Shown here in pieces: positions 29,900 through 46,598 of a stretch of 64,000 nt of DNA. The notes beneath the pieces were generated by a model, which was given only the letters and a program-made list of their open reading frames with translations, searched no databases and was not told the origin of the DNA. Every line of letters starts with the position of its first letter. The stretch's first letter is position 1. Both the position numbers and the translations under genes were made by a program. Origin of the DNA: the human T2T-CHM13v2.0 reference genome, Homo sapiens; the NCBI RefSeq assembly GCF_009914755.1, contig NC_060933.1. One strand, written 5' to 3'.

Positions 29900-29999
29900 C
29901 TACATTATAATTTACATAGGCTGTATAAAATCCTGTTGATTAGATGTAAAATGATTTATTAAATTAATTTTCTATTATTGGGCATGAAGATAGGTTCCA

Positions 30000-30316
30000 G
30001 GCTGGGCACAGTGGCTCATGCCTGGAACCTGCCTCCCGGTGCTTTGGGAGGCAGACACAGGAGAATCAGTTGAGCCCAGGAGTTCAAGACCAGCCTGAGC
30101 AACATAGTGAGACACCAGCTCTACAAAAAGCAAACAAAACATTAGGCAGACAGGGTGGTGCATGCCTGTGGTCCCAGCTACATAGAAGGCTGAGGTGGGA
30201 GGGTCACTTGAGACCAGGAGTTTGAGGCTGCAGTGAGCTATGATTGCGCCACTACTCTCCAGCCTGGGCCACAGAGTGAAACCCTGTCTCAAAAAAAAAA
30301 CACAAAAAACCAAAAG
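30000..30316 (+). mobile_element. AluJ
   Basis: Dimer; TSD agataggttc. Confidence 0.88.
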
Positions 30317-33300
30317 AGATAGGTTCTGACTTTTCACAATAGTGTATAGAGTTTGATGGAGCAGTCTTATACATACTTTTTTCTGCGCTAGTGCAAACAC
30401 CTCCTTACAAATTTCTAACAGTATAATTGGTCATAGGAAAGAAACATTTTTCAAGCTTTTGATTGCCAAATTGACGCCCAGAAAAGGTATACCTGTTTCT
30501 GCTCCTACCAGTGGCCCTACGAATGCTCCTTTCCCCACATTCACACCCCCACCGAGTTTTATCATTCTTTTAAATCTTTATTTGCCAGTGTTGACCTCTT
30601 CTCTTAAATGCCTGTAACCTCTTCCTGTTTAGCTTCTCTCCTAGGTCAGAGAGTGAACTCTGAAGTCATTCTTTAGGGATTAAAATAGTCATGCATTTCT
30701 CCTTTTTTCTTTGCCTTACATGCAACCATAAATGGTGAGAACTTCTATCCTTTTTCACTTTCTGCTTCTGTTCCTTTAATAGGTGGATTAATGATAAAGG
30801 TAGATTGTTCAAACAACTTAGTTATTTCTTAATTTTGTTGTAAGCTCTAGTTGCCAGACTTTAAACTGTGCTTTTTACTTTGCTTAACAATGTAATCCAA
30901 TCTACCTCCTCCTTTGGGTGCCTAAGCCATAGCCCTTTTAAATAAAATAGCAAATGGAAAATCAGAATCCCTTTCTATCGCAAAATAAGAGTCCAGATTA
31001 CATAACTCATTGTATGTGTTTTCACTTGGATGAGAGAATAGAGAGTATGGACCTCTTTCATACTTTTTTTTTAATGTTCCTTTTCCTCTAGAATTGGTTT
31101 CTGGGGCTAAAAGGAAACAGTAGTTAGTACCACTCTGCTCAGAAACCTCAAAAAACTTCGACTTCTGTCATTCTCATCAAAGGGCAAAATTCATTGTTCT
31201 TCTGTGATAGAGACCAAAAATACAAATAGCTAAACTGGAACTAAATTAAGAAAAACAGAAGTTAATAAACTCCACCGCCTCACTCCCATCTCTTCGTAAG
31301 TTAGTAGGCTTGTAAGTCCTAGGCTGGTTAGTTCATTCATTTGTTCACTCATGCCAGCCATTGAGGGTTATTGTGTTCTAAGTGCTGTGCTAAGCCCCAG
31401 AAATACAAAGACAAGTGAGTCATGGGCCTGCCTGCAAGGAGTGAGGAGATTTACTCAAAATTGAGAGCTGGAAAAAGAAAGGCACTTTCCCTGGCCTCAT
31501 AGCCCTCCGTGACTTCAAAGTATTCCTCTCTGGGGTCATGCCACTAGGGATAATAGCATTATCCAAAAACATTTTTGGAAATCCTTTTAGAATTATTCTC
31601 AGGGACTGGAGTACATTTATTTTTAAAAAGAAACTTGGTGGTTTAAAATCTTTTTTTTTTTTTAGGGAGAATCTGCTTTATTATTTGAGAAGTTTCAAAA
31701 AATATAGAAAATACAGATGATAATATGGCAAGTATCTAAAGGTCTCCACTTAACAGAATTAACATCTGTTAACATTTTGTCACTTTTGCTTTAGTTGTTT
31801 TTTTTTTAATTAAAAAAGAGAACATTACAGATAAATGTGAAGTCCCTGTTATTCTGTTGCCCATTTCTGTACTCCCTGCTGCTCCCTGAGAGTACTAACA
31901 CAAAGGTGTACTTCTGGGGTGTGTGTGTATATGCATATCCATAAACAATATATGGTATAGCTTCTGGAGGGATCCAAAGTCATTAGCACTCAAGCAAGCC
32001 TATTAAGTAAAATAATATCAGCTTGAGTTAAAGATAACATATAGCCGTGAAATAACGGAGCTGATTTTTAGGTACCTTGTCAAATAGTTCTGAAAGTAAT
32101 TGCAAAGAGGAGTTCCAAAAGTGAGTTCAGAAAGACAGCTTTATCAGAATAAATTGCATGGTACTGCATACAGGAAACTATAAAGAACAACGGTTATTTA
32201 GAACTGTTCATTCTGACAGTGTTTTTCAATTACTCCTTAATATTATAACCACTTACTCATTTCCTGAAATCACCAGGAAATTTTTCAAAAAGATTTTTCT
32301 CCCCCGATGAATATACCCACGATTTGCATTTGACCCAAGATAAGCAGTTGAGTCGATAACATGTTTATTTTTAAATACATGGTTTTAAAACACACAATAA
32401 AAATTCTACCTCATTGCTTGGAGACTCAATTAAGGAAAGTATGCACATTAGCAAAAAGAAGATGTGATATTTGCTCAGAAGTCTTGAAGTGGATATTTTG
32501 GCCTTCGTATGGCTGAATGGTCAAGCTTGACTCTCTCGTTTGCTCAGGGAGGCCCAGTCCCTCTGCTGCCACGGGTAGAAATACTTTTTCCTAAATCGCT
32601 GCTTCTTCTCACTGCCATACAGAGCAATATTCAGGACACAGCCAAAACCTTCTTTGGCAGACCTTTTTGAGTTCTCTCTACTCAGCTTTCTGCTGTGTAA
32701 TATGAGCACTCTAGAGAAGTCGGGCTGTCCTCAGGAAATTACACTTGGGGTCTGTGGTTCCCCAGGAAGGCAAACTGGAGCTCCCTAAGGGGTACTAGTC
32801 ATCATACGGCATTTATACTAGCATTGCAGTCCACTTTCACCTATGCAAGTAGAAAAACTCAGGCTCAAAGTCCACTGACAATGCAGGAGTCCCTTATCTG
32901 CTGGTTAACATAAATGTTGTTTTAAGATGATGGCCATCTGTTGTCTGTGAGAACAAGACTATCACCCACCTGTTGACATGCTGGCTGGTTTAATATCTTA
33001 CTCGTTCATTCCAAATAACTACCTGGTCTCACAGATCCCCTTAGATGGGGTATCCAATTTACCTCCTGTACCTTATTCTCTGTCCAATAATTTCACTCAA
33101 ATCAACAAGATATTTTATTGCCTATGACTTCCTCTAGGTATTACGGGAGATTCAAAACACAAACAGACAAGCAGCCTATGCCCTCAGAATCCAGCTGGGG
33201 TGAGTGGGTGACTATAAATGCAAAAGTTAGAGAGCATGGGGAACAGTGTTTGATTGTGTGGCTGGGGAGGGGTAAGGACAAAAACTCAGAGAGAGAGAAG

Positions 33301-33584
33301 CCTGTAGCCCTGGCTACAGAAGGGCAACACCTCTGAGGAGATGAGTCTCAGCTGGGCCCTGAAGGGAGGTGACTCACAGATGAAACAAACCTGGTGGGAA
33401 GAATAGTTAGCAGTGTGCAGAAGGCATTGGAAGGGATTCCAGGGGAGGAGTGAGGAGGGAGCCACAGTCATTCCGATGTGAGGTAGTGAGATCTGGGATT
33501 AGACTGGGTCATCAGAATGGAAAAAAAGGGCCTGCTTCTGCAGACAGTTTAAAGGAATCAGCTGGATGTGGGAAGCAACTACAT

Positions 33585-34900
33585 ACTTATTCATTCATTC
33601 ATTTCATGCATATTGCTTATAGCCTACTATGTGCCTAGCACTATTCTAAGTGCTGAGGATAGAGTCATGAATAAGATAGACAGGGTTCTTATTCTAAAAA
33701 AAGTAATATACCAGTGGGGAGACAATGAAGAAATAAACCACTAAATAAACAAGGAAACATCAGATAAAATAAGTGTGATACAGAGAATGTAAACGGGCCA
33801 TTGAGAGGGCATGGATTCTTTAGATGGGATGGTCAAGGAAAGCATCTCTTAGAGAAAAACCTCTGAGCCAAGATCAAGCAGGGGAATGACGAAGCACATG
33901 ACTGAGGCAGGAGTAAATTTGATGTGTTGGAAGAAAAGCAAGAACTGGTCTGTCTCTAGTGGAGTGAATGAGGGGAGAGGAGGAGAGCTGAAGAGGGAAG
34001 TTAGCAAAGAACGAATCACATAAAAGCCTTAAAGGCAATGGAAAAAATTTAAATGTTATTCAAAGTGCAATGGTGTATTAGTCCATTTTCATACTGCTAT
34101 GAAGAAATACCCAAGACTGGATAATTTATAAAGAAAAAAAGGTTTAATGGACTTACAGTTCCACATGGCTGGGGAGGCCTCACAGTCATGGCAGAAGGTG
34201 AATGAGGAGCAAAGGCATATCTTAAACGGCGGCAGGCAAGAGAGCGTGTGCAGGGGAATTGCCCTTTATAAAACCATCAGATCTCGTGAGACTTATTCAC
34301 TATCATGAGAATAGCATGAGGAAAAACCTGCCTCCATGATTCAATTATCTCGCACAACATGTGGGGATTATGGGAGCTACAATTCAAGATGAGATTTGGG
34401 TGGAGACAAAGCCAAACCATATCAAATGGGATGGTTTATGGAGCAGGGCATGATGCGATTGACTTTTGTGTTTAAAAGATCTATTGTACAAAGAAGCAAG
34501 GAAACCAGCTGGGAGGCAGTGGAGAATCCAGGGGAAAGATGACGATGGCAAAACTAGAGAGCAGAGCTGAGAAGGAGAGAACCAGGCAGCTCTGGGATAA
34601 CATTCTGGAGCTAGGGCTGACGAATTAGATATGGGGTGGGGCAATGAAAAACAAAAAAAAAGAGAAATCAAGATGTCTCCAGGGTTGGATATTGATGCTT
34701 TTAACAGAGATTGAAAAGACTGGAGGAGAAGCAGGCTTTTAGGGTGAATCAAGGGTTTAACTGGGGACATATGGAGTCTAAGATGCATGTTAGACATTCA
34801 AGTAGAATTAGCTACTATGCAGTTTTATTTAGGAATCTGAAACTCAGGGGAGAAGTCAAGACTGGATATTTAAGTTTGCAAGTCAATACCAAACATATTT
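33585..34900 (-). mobile_element. L2, interrupted by THE1
   Basis: tcattcattcat 3' end followed by purine-rich L2 body. Confidence 0.6.
34074..34424 (-). mobile_element. THE1B-like solo LTR
   Basis: tgtattagtcc...aaaccatatca with exact 5-bp TSD AATGG. Confidence 0.9.
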
Positions 34901-36559
34901 TTACATAAGAAGGAAAAAATATTGATATGATTTTGATAAGTTTTTAATAGCCAGAAAGCTATATGCGTAATATGGTATCATTTTAATTAAAAAATAAATA
35001 TATGCATAACTCTCTGCAGAGATAAATGATCAATACATATAACAAGGAGAGAACCAGAAGGACATACGCCAATATGTCATGAGTGTTATCTCTGGGTAGT
35101 AGAATTATTGATGACTTTTGTGTACTTGGGACATGCATGTATGAGTGTATGTATGCATGCATATTTTGCAAGTTTTCCTCAAAGGATGCTTTTGTAATTG
35201 GAAGAAGAAGCAATTATAAAATAAATGGCACAAGATTTCCATCCTGGTCAAATGGGATAAGGATGATGCCAATGAGAAATTATGAAAATTGGAAATTAGA
35301 CTTAGTTTTGGGGGGATGATTTTTTACTTCCCTCGTAGAGGTTTTGTTTAAGACGATGTAGTAGACTGTACCTTTACATATATTTGCTGTCCCTCCCGAT
35401 GGGAGGATTTTACTTTTCACCTGTTGAAGGTGATGTGGTCACTTGGAGGTGAAGAGATAGCCTGGACTTTGTCACATTATCTTTCTCCTATTCTAAACAA
35501 TCTGCAGCGTTCCAGGTGGTGGATGATCTGTCATCCTGCATCCTGGAGTAAAGATGATTAAAGCAGAGCTGCAGCTGCCCTGTGAAGGCCTTTGTTTTTA
35601 TAAACCACTGAGATTTTTGAATTGTTTGTTATCTCACCATAACCTAGCTCACCCTAACACAGATGAACATAAAATACAGAACATTTCTATTGGGCGGCTT
35701 GAAATACAGGCTTGGGGCATCAGTGGTAGGTCAGCATGGAAAATGTTGATTAAAAAGTCATCTGTGAGGTGGAGATTGGGACTGAAGAATGGATAAATTT
35801 TCTGAATGGAAAGTATAAGGGGAAGAGAAGAGGAATGGGCCTAGAGGAAGAGTCACTGTCAATCCATACAAAAAGAAGAGATACGAAAAGATAGGAGGGG
35901 GGATTTGGCCAACACATGGCAGACCGTTGTAGTATCAGAAAAGAGAGCTAGGAGGGTAGTTACAAAGATCACATGCCAAATTATGAGGGCAAAGAGCCAT
36001 TGGATTTACCCTGAAGGTGGTCATTGAAAACCTCTGAATTAGCAGTTTTAGCGGAGCTGTGGGGAAGGAAGTCAGGTTTCATAAGGTTATAGAGGGAGTC
36101 CATGCAGAGGAAATAGAGGAAGCTGGTGGAGGCCACTCCTTTAAAAAGCCTGGATGAGGCCGAAGAGAAATGGGACAAGTGGTAACCAGAAGGCCCCTAC
36201 AAGGCTGTGACTTTTACACAAATATGACATACAATGCTGAACAAAGGATGTGCTGATCTTACAGAGGAAGGATGTGTTTTATTCCCAAAAAAAACTTTAC
36301 ATATGGGTAAAGTTATTCAAGAGACCCTGTGCTGTCTAATATGCAACAAATTTTTCTTTGCACCAGCATTAAGACTTCTAACAATAAGTAAAATATTCTA
36401 TTTAGATACTTTTTACAGGAGATTTTGAAACTCTGATGACACTGACATACTACCTTTCAGAACATGGTACTGTTTAAAATTTTATTATTTTTATATTTAT
36501 CTTCATATGTTTAAATTTGAAAAATTACAGGAAAGAGTACTTTTATAATTATGTTTTTC

Positions 36560-37225
36560 TGTTTACAAACCACCTCCTGTGTGCTGAATTTTGCCTCCCC
36601 AACATTTTTCAGGGGAGCATGGCCCTACTCGCACTTTGAGTTCAGATTTCTGGCCTTCAGAACTCTGAGAAAATAAATTTCTTTTGTTTTACGCTATCCA
36701 GTTTGTGGTAGTTTGTTACAGTAGTCCTGGGAAACTAACAAACCACCCCAAAGTTTAGTGACTTAAAACAGCCATTATTATTTCTCACAATTCTGTGGGT
36801 TGGCAATTTGGGCTGGGCTCAGCTGGACAGTTATTCTGCTGGTCTTCCTGTAGACATTCACATGGCTGCCATTATCGGGTGGCTCAAGTGAAGCTGTAGG
36901 GTCTAAGATGGGCTCACTCACAAGTCCAGGACCTTGGTGCTGACTGTTGGCTGAGCTTTCCCTCTTCACACGGTCTCTTGTTGTTCAGAAACCTAGCTGG
37001 TCTTTTTTGCATTCTTAGCTGGTAAAGGGAACATTCTAAGAGAAGGAAGGTGGAAGCTGCAAGGCTTCTTGAGGCTTAAGTCTAGAACTCTCCAACGTCA
37101 CTTCCACCACATTCATTGGTTAATGCAAGTCATAAGGCAACTCAGCTTCAAAGAGTAGGAGAATAGAATCAACCTATTGAAAGGAGGGGCTGCAAAATAG
37201 TTGGTCATTTTAACCAACCACAGCA
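36560..37225. mobile_element. Nested MLT1 LTRs (internally deleted + strand MLT1 within a - strand MLT1F/G/H-like LTR)
   Basis: aataaatttcttttg...gtttgttacag..ggaaactaac end, then gacttaaaacagcc...gggctgggctcagctgg. Confidence 0.55.
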
Positions 37226-38149
37226 CCCAACCAAAAAAATTAATACTATCCCGTTTCAGATTTCAGAATGTTTAATCAGAAGGCCTTGTCTTTCCCTACG
37301 TATATCACAATACCCATTTTAGTGGCAGAGAAACTGAGACCAAATAAAACTGACTCCTTTAAAGTTACCAAGTGAGTCATGCTTTGTGAGAGACATGAAG
37401 ACAACTATATGTCTGGAAGAGCTAAACATAGTCCTGCCTGGAGGCAGGTATATGAACTTAATAATCCCTTGAGATGCTCTTAAATCCCATAATTACACTG
37501 ATGGACTCCAGATTGCAGAGCTGTCTGGTCCAGAGATAAAGCAGCGGTTTGAGAGTATCAGAGAGAGAAGGTGCCTGAAAATTGCCACATGTCCCCAAAG
37601 GCAGGATTTGAGGCTAAATTAAATGATAAAGAGTTACCAAGCTCTTTATTCTCAAGAGTTACCAAATAAGCTTAGAAACTCAATGACTGCTGCTGTCTAG
37701 TGTTAGTTCTGGAATGGGAGAATTAAAAATGAGTAGAAAAAGAAAATAGAGACAGAGAGACGAACATATCTGAAAGACAGGTGCTGTGGGCAGTCTTAGA
37801 AGGATCACCCCTATATCAATTAGGATTGCTTTTAGCTGCTGCAAGTAACAGCCGACCAAACCATCCAATGGTTTAAACAAATTAGGGGTTTATTTTTTTC
37901 TTTTCATTTATTTATTTATTTTTAAATTTAATTTTATTATTATTATTATACTTTAAGTTTTAGGGTACATGTGCACAACATGCAGGTTTGTTACATATGT
38001 GTACATGTGCCATGTTGGTGTGCTGCACCCATTAACTCATCATTTAGCATTAGGTATATCTCCTAATGCTATCCCTCACCCCTCCCCCCACCCCACAACA
38101 GTCCCCGGTGTGTGATATTCCCCTTCCTGTGTCCATGTGTTCTCATTGT

Positions 38150-41975
<3,826 letters not shown>

Positions 41976-42031
41976 TTAGCTGGTTATTTTGCTGGTTAGT
42001 TGATGCAGTTTCTTCCTAGCTTGGATGGTCT

Positions 42032-43049
42032 TTACAATTTGGCATGTTTTTGCAGTGGCTGGTACTGGTTGTTCCTTTCCATGTTTGGTGCTTCCTTCAG
42101 GAGCTCTTGTAGGGCAGGCCTGGTGGTGACAAAATCTCTCAGCATTTGCTTGTCTGTAAAGGACTTTATTTCTCCTTCACTTATGAAGCTTAGTTTGGCT
42201 GGATATGAAATTCTGCATTGAAAATTCTTTCCTTTCAGAATGTTGAATATTGGCCCCCACTCTCTTCTGGCTTGTAGAGTTTCTGCCAAGAGATCAGCTC
42301 TTAGTCTGATAGGCTTCCCTTTGTGGGTAACCCGACCTTTCTCTCTGGCTGCCCTTAACATTTTTCCCTTCATTTCAACTTTGGTGAATCTGACAATTAT
42401 GTGTCTTGGAATTGCTTTTCTCAAGGAGTATCTTTGTGGCGTTCTCTGTATTTTCTGAATTTCAGTGTTGGCCTGCCTTGCTAGAATGGGGGACTTCTCC
42501 TGGATAATATCCTGCAGAGTGTTTTCCAACTTGGTTCCATTCTCCCTGTCACTTTCAGGTACACCAATCAGACGTAGATTTGGTCTTTTCACATAGTCCC
42601 ATATTTCTTGGAGGCTTTGTTTGTTGCTTTTTATTCTTTTTTCTGTAAACTTCTCTTCTCACTTCATTTCATTCATTTCATCTTCCATCACTGATACCCT
42701 TTTTTCCAGTTGGTCACATCGGCTACTGAGGCTTCTGCATTCATCACGTAGCTCTTTTGCCTTGGTTTTCAGCTCCATCAGGTCCTTTTAGGACTTCTTT
42801 GCATTGGTTATTCTAGTTATCCATTCGTCTATTTTTTTTTTCAAAGCTTTTAACTTCTTTGCCATTGGTTTGAATTTCCTCCTGTAGCTCAGAGTAGTTT
42901 GATCGTCTGAAGCCTTCTTCTCTCAACTCATCAAAGTCATTCTCCATCCAGCTTTGTTCCATTGCTGGTGAGGAGCTGCGTTCCTTTGCAGGAGGAGAGG
43001 CACTCTCATTTTTAGAGTTTCCAGTTTTTCTGCTCTGTTTTTTTCCCAT
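42032..43049 (-). pseudogene. L1 ORF1p, frameshifted
   Basis: MGKKQSRKTGNSK... start at 43049. Frame is lost at an A-run near 42833-42842. C-terminal half ...PLQKHAKL* ends at 42032. Confidence 0.92.
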
Positions 43050-43631
43050 CTTTGTGTTTTTATCTACCTTTGGTCTTTGATGATGGTGACGTACAGATGG
43101 GTTTTTGGTGTGGATGTCCTTTCTGTTTGTTAGTTTTCCTTCTAACAGACAGGACCCTCAGCTGCAGGTCTGTTGGAGTTTGCTAGAGGTCCACTCCAGA
43201 CGCTGTTTGCCTGGGTATCAGCAGCGGTGGCTGCAGAGCAGTGGATATTGGTGAACCGCAAATGCTGCTGCCTGATTGTTCCTCTGGAAGTTTTGTGTCA
43301 GAGGAGTACCTGGCTGTGTGAGGTGTCAGTCTGCCCCTACTGGGGGGTGCCTCCCAGTTAGGCTACTCGGGGGTCAGGGACCCACTTGAGGAGGCAGTCT
43401 GCCCGTTCTCAGATCTGAAGCTGTGTGCTGGGAGAACCACTCCTCTCTTCAAAGCTGTCAGAGAGGGACATTTAAGTCTGCAGAGGTAACTGCTGTCTTT
43501 TTGTTTGTCTGTGCCCTGCCCCCAGAAGTGGAGCCTACAGAGGCAGGCAGGCCTCCTTGAGCTGTGGTGGGCTCCACCCAGTTCGAGCTTCCCGGCCGCT
43601 TTGTTTACCTAATCAAACAACTAACTCGGCA

Positions 43632-43847
43632 ATGGTGGGCACCCCTCCCCAAGCCTCGCTGCCGCCTTGCAGTTTGATCTCAGACTGCTGTGCCAGCAAT
43701 GAGCGAGAGTCCATGGGCATAGGACCCTCTGAGCCATGTGTGGGATATAATCTCCTGGTGTGCCGTTTTTTAAGCCCGTTGGAAAAGCGCAGTATTAGGG
43801 TGGGAGTGACCCGATTTTCCGGGTGCCGTCTGTCACCCTTTCTTTGA
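43632..43847 (+). CDS. L1 ORF0 (71 aa, antisense to L1, sense to DOCK8), intact
   Basis: gcaATGG start. MVGTPPQASLPPCSLISDCCASNERESMGIGPSEPCVGYNLLVCRFLSPLEKRSIRVGVTRFSGCRLSPFL* matches primate L1 ORF0 in length and sequence. Expression unknown. Confidence 0.8.
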   Translation: MVGTPPQASLPPCSLISDCCASNERESMGIGPSEPCVGYNLLVCRFLSPLEKRSIRVGVTRFSGCRLSPFL

Positions 43848-44676
43848 CTAGGAAAGGGAATTCCCTGACCCCTTGCACTTCCCGGGTGAGGTGATGCCTT
43901 GCCCTGCTTCGGCTCACGCATGTTGCGCTGCACCCACTGTCCTGTACCTACTGTCTGGCACTCCCCAGTGAGATGAACCCGGTACCTCAGTTGGAAATGC
44001 AGAAATCACCCGTATTCTGTGTCGCTCACGCTGGGAGCTGTAGACTGGAGCTGTTCCTATTCGGCCATCTTGGCTCCTCCCCTTATTTATTTTTTTCTTA
44101 CATAACAAGAATGCCAGTGGTTGGCCCTGCAGGCTTGGTGTCATGGCCCCCAAGGTACCACTGGAGACTCTGGTTCTTTGTGTCTTTGTGTCCCACCAAC
44201 CTTAGTGTGTGGCTTTCATCCTTATGGTCACAGGATGACTCCTAAAACTCTGTACAGTGAATCAGTATTGGAGACAGGAAGAAGAAAGGAGGTAAAAAAG
44301 ACATGCCAGCTAACTTTGCTCCCATTAGGAAGCTCTTCTAGAAGCTCACAGAATTACATTTGTTTATGTATTTCATTATTCAGAGCTGCGTTAGCTTTGT
44401 CTACAAGGGAGATTGGCAAATGTAGTTTTCATTAGCCCAGCACATTGTCACCCCCAACAAAACTAGGGTTGAGTTAGAATGAAGGGGCTAGTGCATATTG
44501 ATAGGCCACTAGTAGTTTCTACACAGCCTCCAACAATTGCTGTGGATGTAGATTAGTAACAGAACTTCCACTATGGCATCATAGCACCTCTATCCCACTA
44601 GTACCTGTAGTAGGTCCAAATCATCTAATTCCAGGAGCCTGGCTTAAAGAAGAGGAATATTGAGGCTTCTAGGTCC

Positions 44677-45128
44677 AGTATTAATCAAGGTAAGCTAGCT
44701 GTGAGAACAAACAATCTCAAAATCTCAGTGAACGAAACCAACAAAAACTTGTTTCATGTTTATATCACAGTCTGATGCAGATCGAGTGGTTCTCCTCCAA
44801 GCAGTGACTCAGGGAGCCAGGCTGCTTCCATCTTACAGCTCTACCATCTTGTGACTTTCAGATTATGTTGGCATCATTCAGCCAGTGACTAGGAAGAAGA
44901 GAGAATGAAAGATTGTGCACCCAATTCTTAAATACCTCCACTCAACACTGGGACACATAGCTTCTACTCACACTTCCCTGGGGAGGACTGCTTACAAGAT
45001 TCATCAATCTGCAAGGAGGGCTGGGGGAATATATTATAGTTCTTGCCTGGCGGCACTTCCAGCAGGAACACTTCACTATGAAAAGGGAGCACAAGTCTTT
45101 GGGGGGACAGCTAGCCTTCTGTGCCACA
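44677..45128. mobile_element. Old ERVL/MaLR LTR (LTR33-like)
   Basis: gtgactcagggagccaggctgcttccatctt...ctgtgccaca. Confidence 0.5.
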
Positions 45129-45404
45129 AAAGCCCAGTCACAAAGAAAAAGCCATTACCAAAATGTTCCATAAACAATGTAGACCTACTGTGGTTTGCTG
45201 TTGTCTGATAGATAAAAACTGTGTTGTTTTAGTCACAAGGATTTGGATGTGGGAGCTGCAAGGAAAGCAAAAGCCAAACAAGTACAGCTGAAGCACCTGA
45301 GATCCTAGGAGGAGACAAGAAGAATACAAGGTGCCATTGTCCTATCAGCCAGGCAGAAAGATGGTAGGAAACAAGGCCATTTAAAATCTAATTGCAATTG
45401 CAAG

Positions 45405-45710
45405 GGCTGGGTGCTGTGGCTTACGCCTGTAATCCCAGCACTTTGGGAGGCTGAGGCAGGTGGATCACTTCAGCTCAGGAGTTCAAGACCAGCCTGGGCA
45501 AAGTGGTGAAACCTAGTCTCTACAAAAAATACAAAAATTAGCCAGGCATGGTGGCATGCGCCTGTAGTCCCAGTTACTCAGGAGGCCAAGATGGAAGGAT
45601 CAATTGAGCCTGGGAGGTTGAGGCTTCAGTGAGCTGTGATTGTACCACTGCACTCCAGTCTGGGTGACAGAGCAAGACCCTGTCTCAGAAAAAATAATAA
45701 TAAAATAAAA
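45405..45710 (+). mobile_element. AluJb-like
   Basis: Dimer; TSD aaaatctaattgca. Confidence 0.88.
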
Positions 45711-46598
45711 TCTAATTGCAGGCAAGGCCACAGGAAGTGGCAAGTGCAACTAAAGACTTCCTAGAAATCCCACACATTGATAAGCAGCCGGGTTGTTCAG
45801 CCAGTTTTTTTTTCTGAGAACAACCAATTTTAAAATATTTTAGGAAAAACCACAATATTGAGATATTTTTAAACAGCTTATATTTAAACAGCATATATTT
45901 AAACAAAGTGATTAATTTAGAATTCATATTTTATTTGAGAAAAAAACAAGATGTTCCTGGTCTGGCAGATGACATTCTAAATTATTCACTCCCACTTGTG
46001 GAATAGCTGAGTTATAGTCCGGCCCCTCCTCTGTAGAGGAGGATTTATAGGAGAAGATGAGTCACGTTACTTTTTGTGACTATTTTTCTTTGCATTTGTT
46101 GACTCCTCTTGTTTTATTCACCTTCTAATCATTGAATAATCTGTACAATCAGACTGCCTTATTCATGTTGGCAGTTGTTTTAATAATAACAATGCACAGA
46201 GCCATTGCTACTAACAGAAAGCAGGGCAGACCTTTGAGTCTGAGTTTGGGGATACAAGTTTGATTCCATCCCAGCTCCACTGATTCCCAGCGAGATGTGG
46301 TTCAACATCATAGGACCAAATGAAATAAAAAGCGTGAAAATGCTACACAAATCAAAGAGTGCTAAAGACATATTAATGAAACATCTGTAAAATGGGAATA
46401 AGTACCACGTTTCTGAGGTAACATGTAATACAACTGGCACAGGGTTCCACACTTGGTAGATACTCAAAAAAGAAAATAAAAAGTTAACATGGACAAAGTA
46501 AAATAAACTGGAAATAGGAGATGGAGAAATGTTAAAACAACAGGCACCATAATAATGTAAAGTAGGATTTCAGCTCATTTACAAGCACAGAGGTTATA

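Noticed and set aside
34160-34182. PRDM9 hotspot motif in the THE1B-like LTR
   Set aside because: Reads CCTCCCCAGCCAT, not the hotspot-associated CCTCCCTAGCCAC form.
37626-37665. Short hairpin plus 12-bp direct repeat (aagagttaccaa); similar micro-repeats at 19617-19650, 21181-21200 and 45863-45905
   Set aside because: Too short to distinguish from ordinary slippage events.
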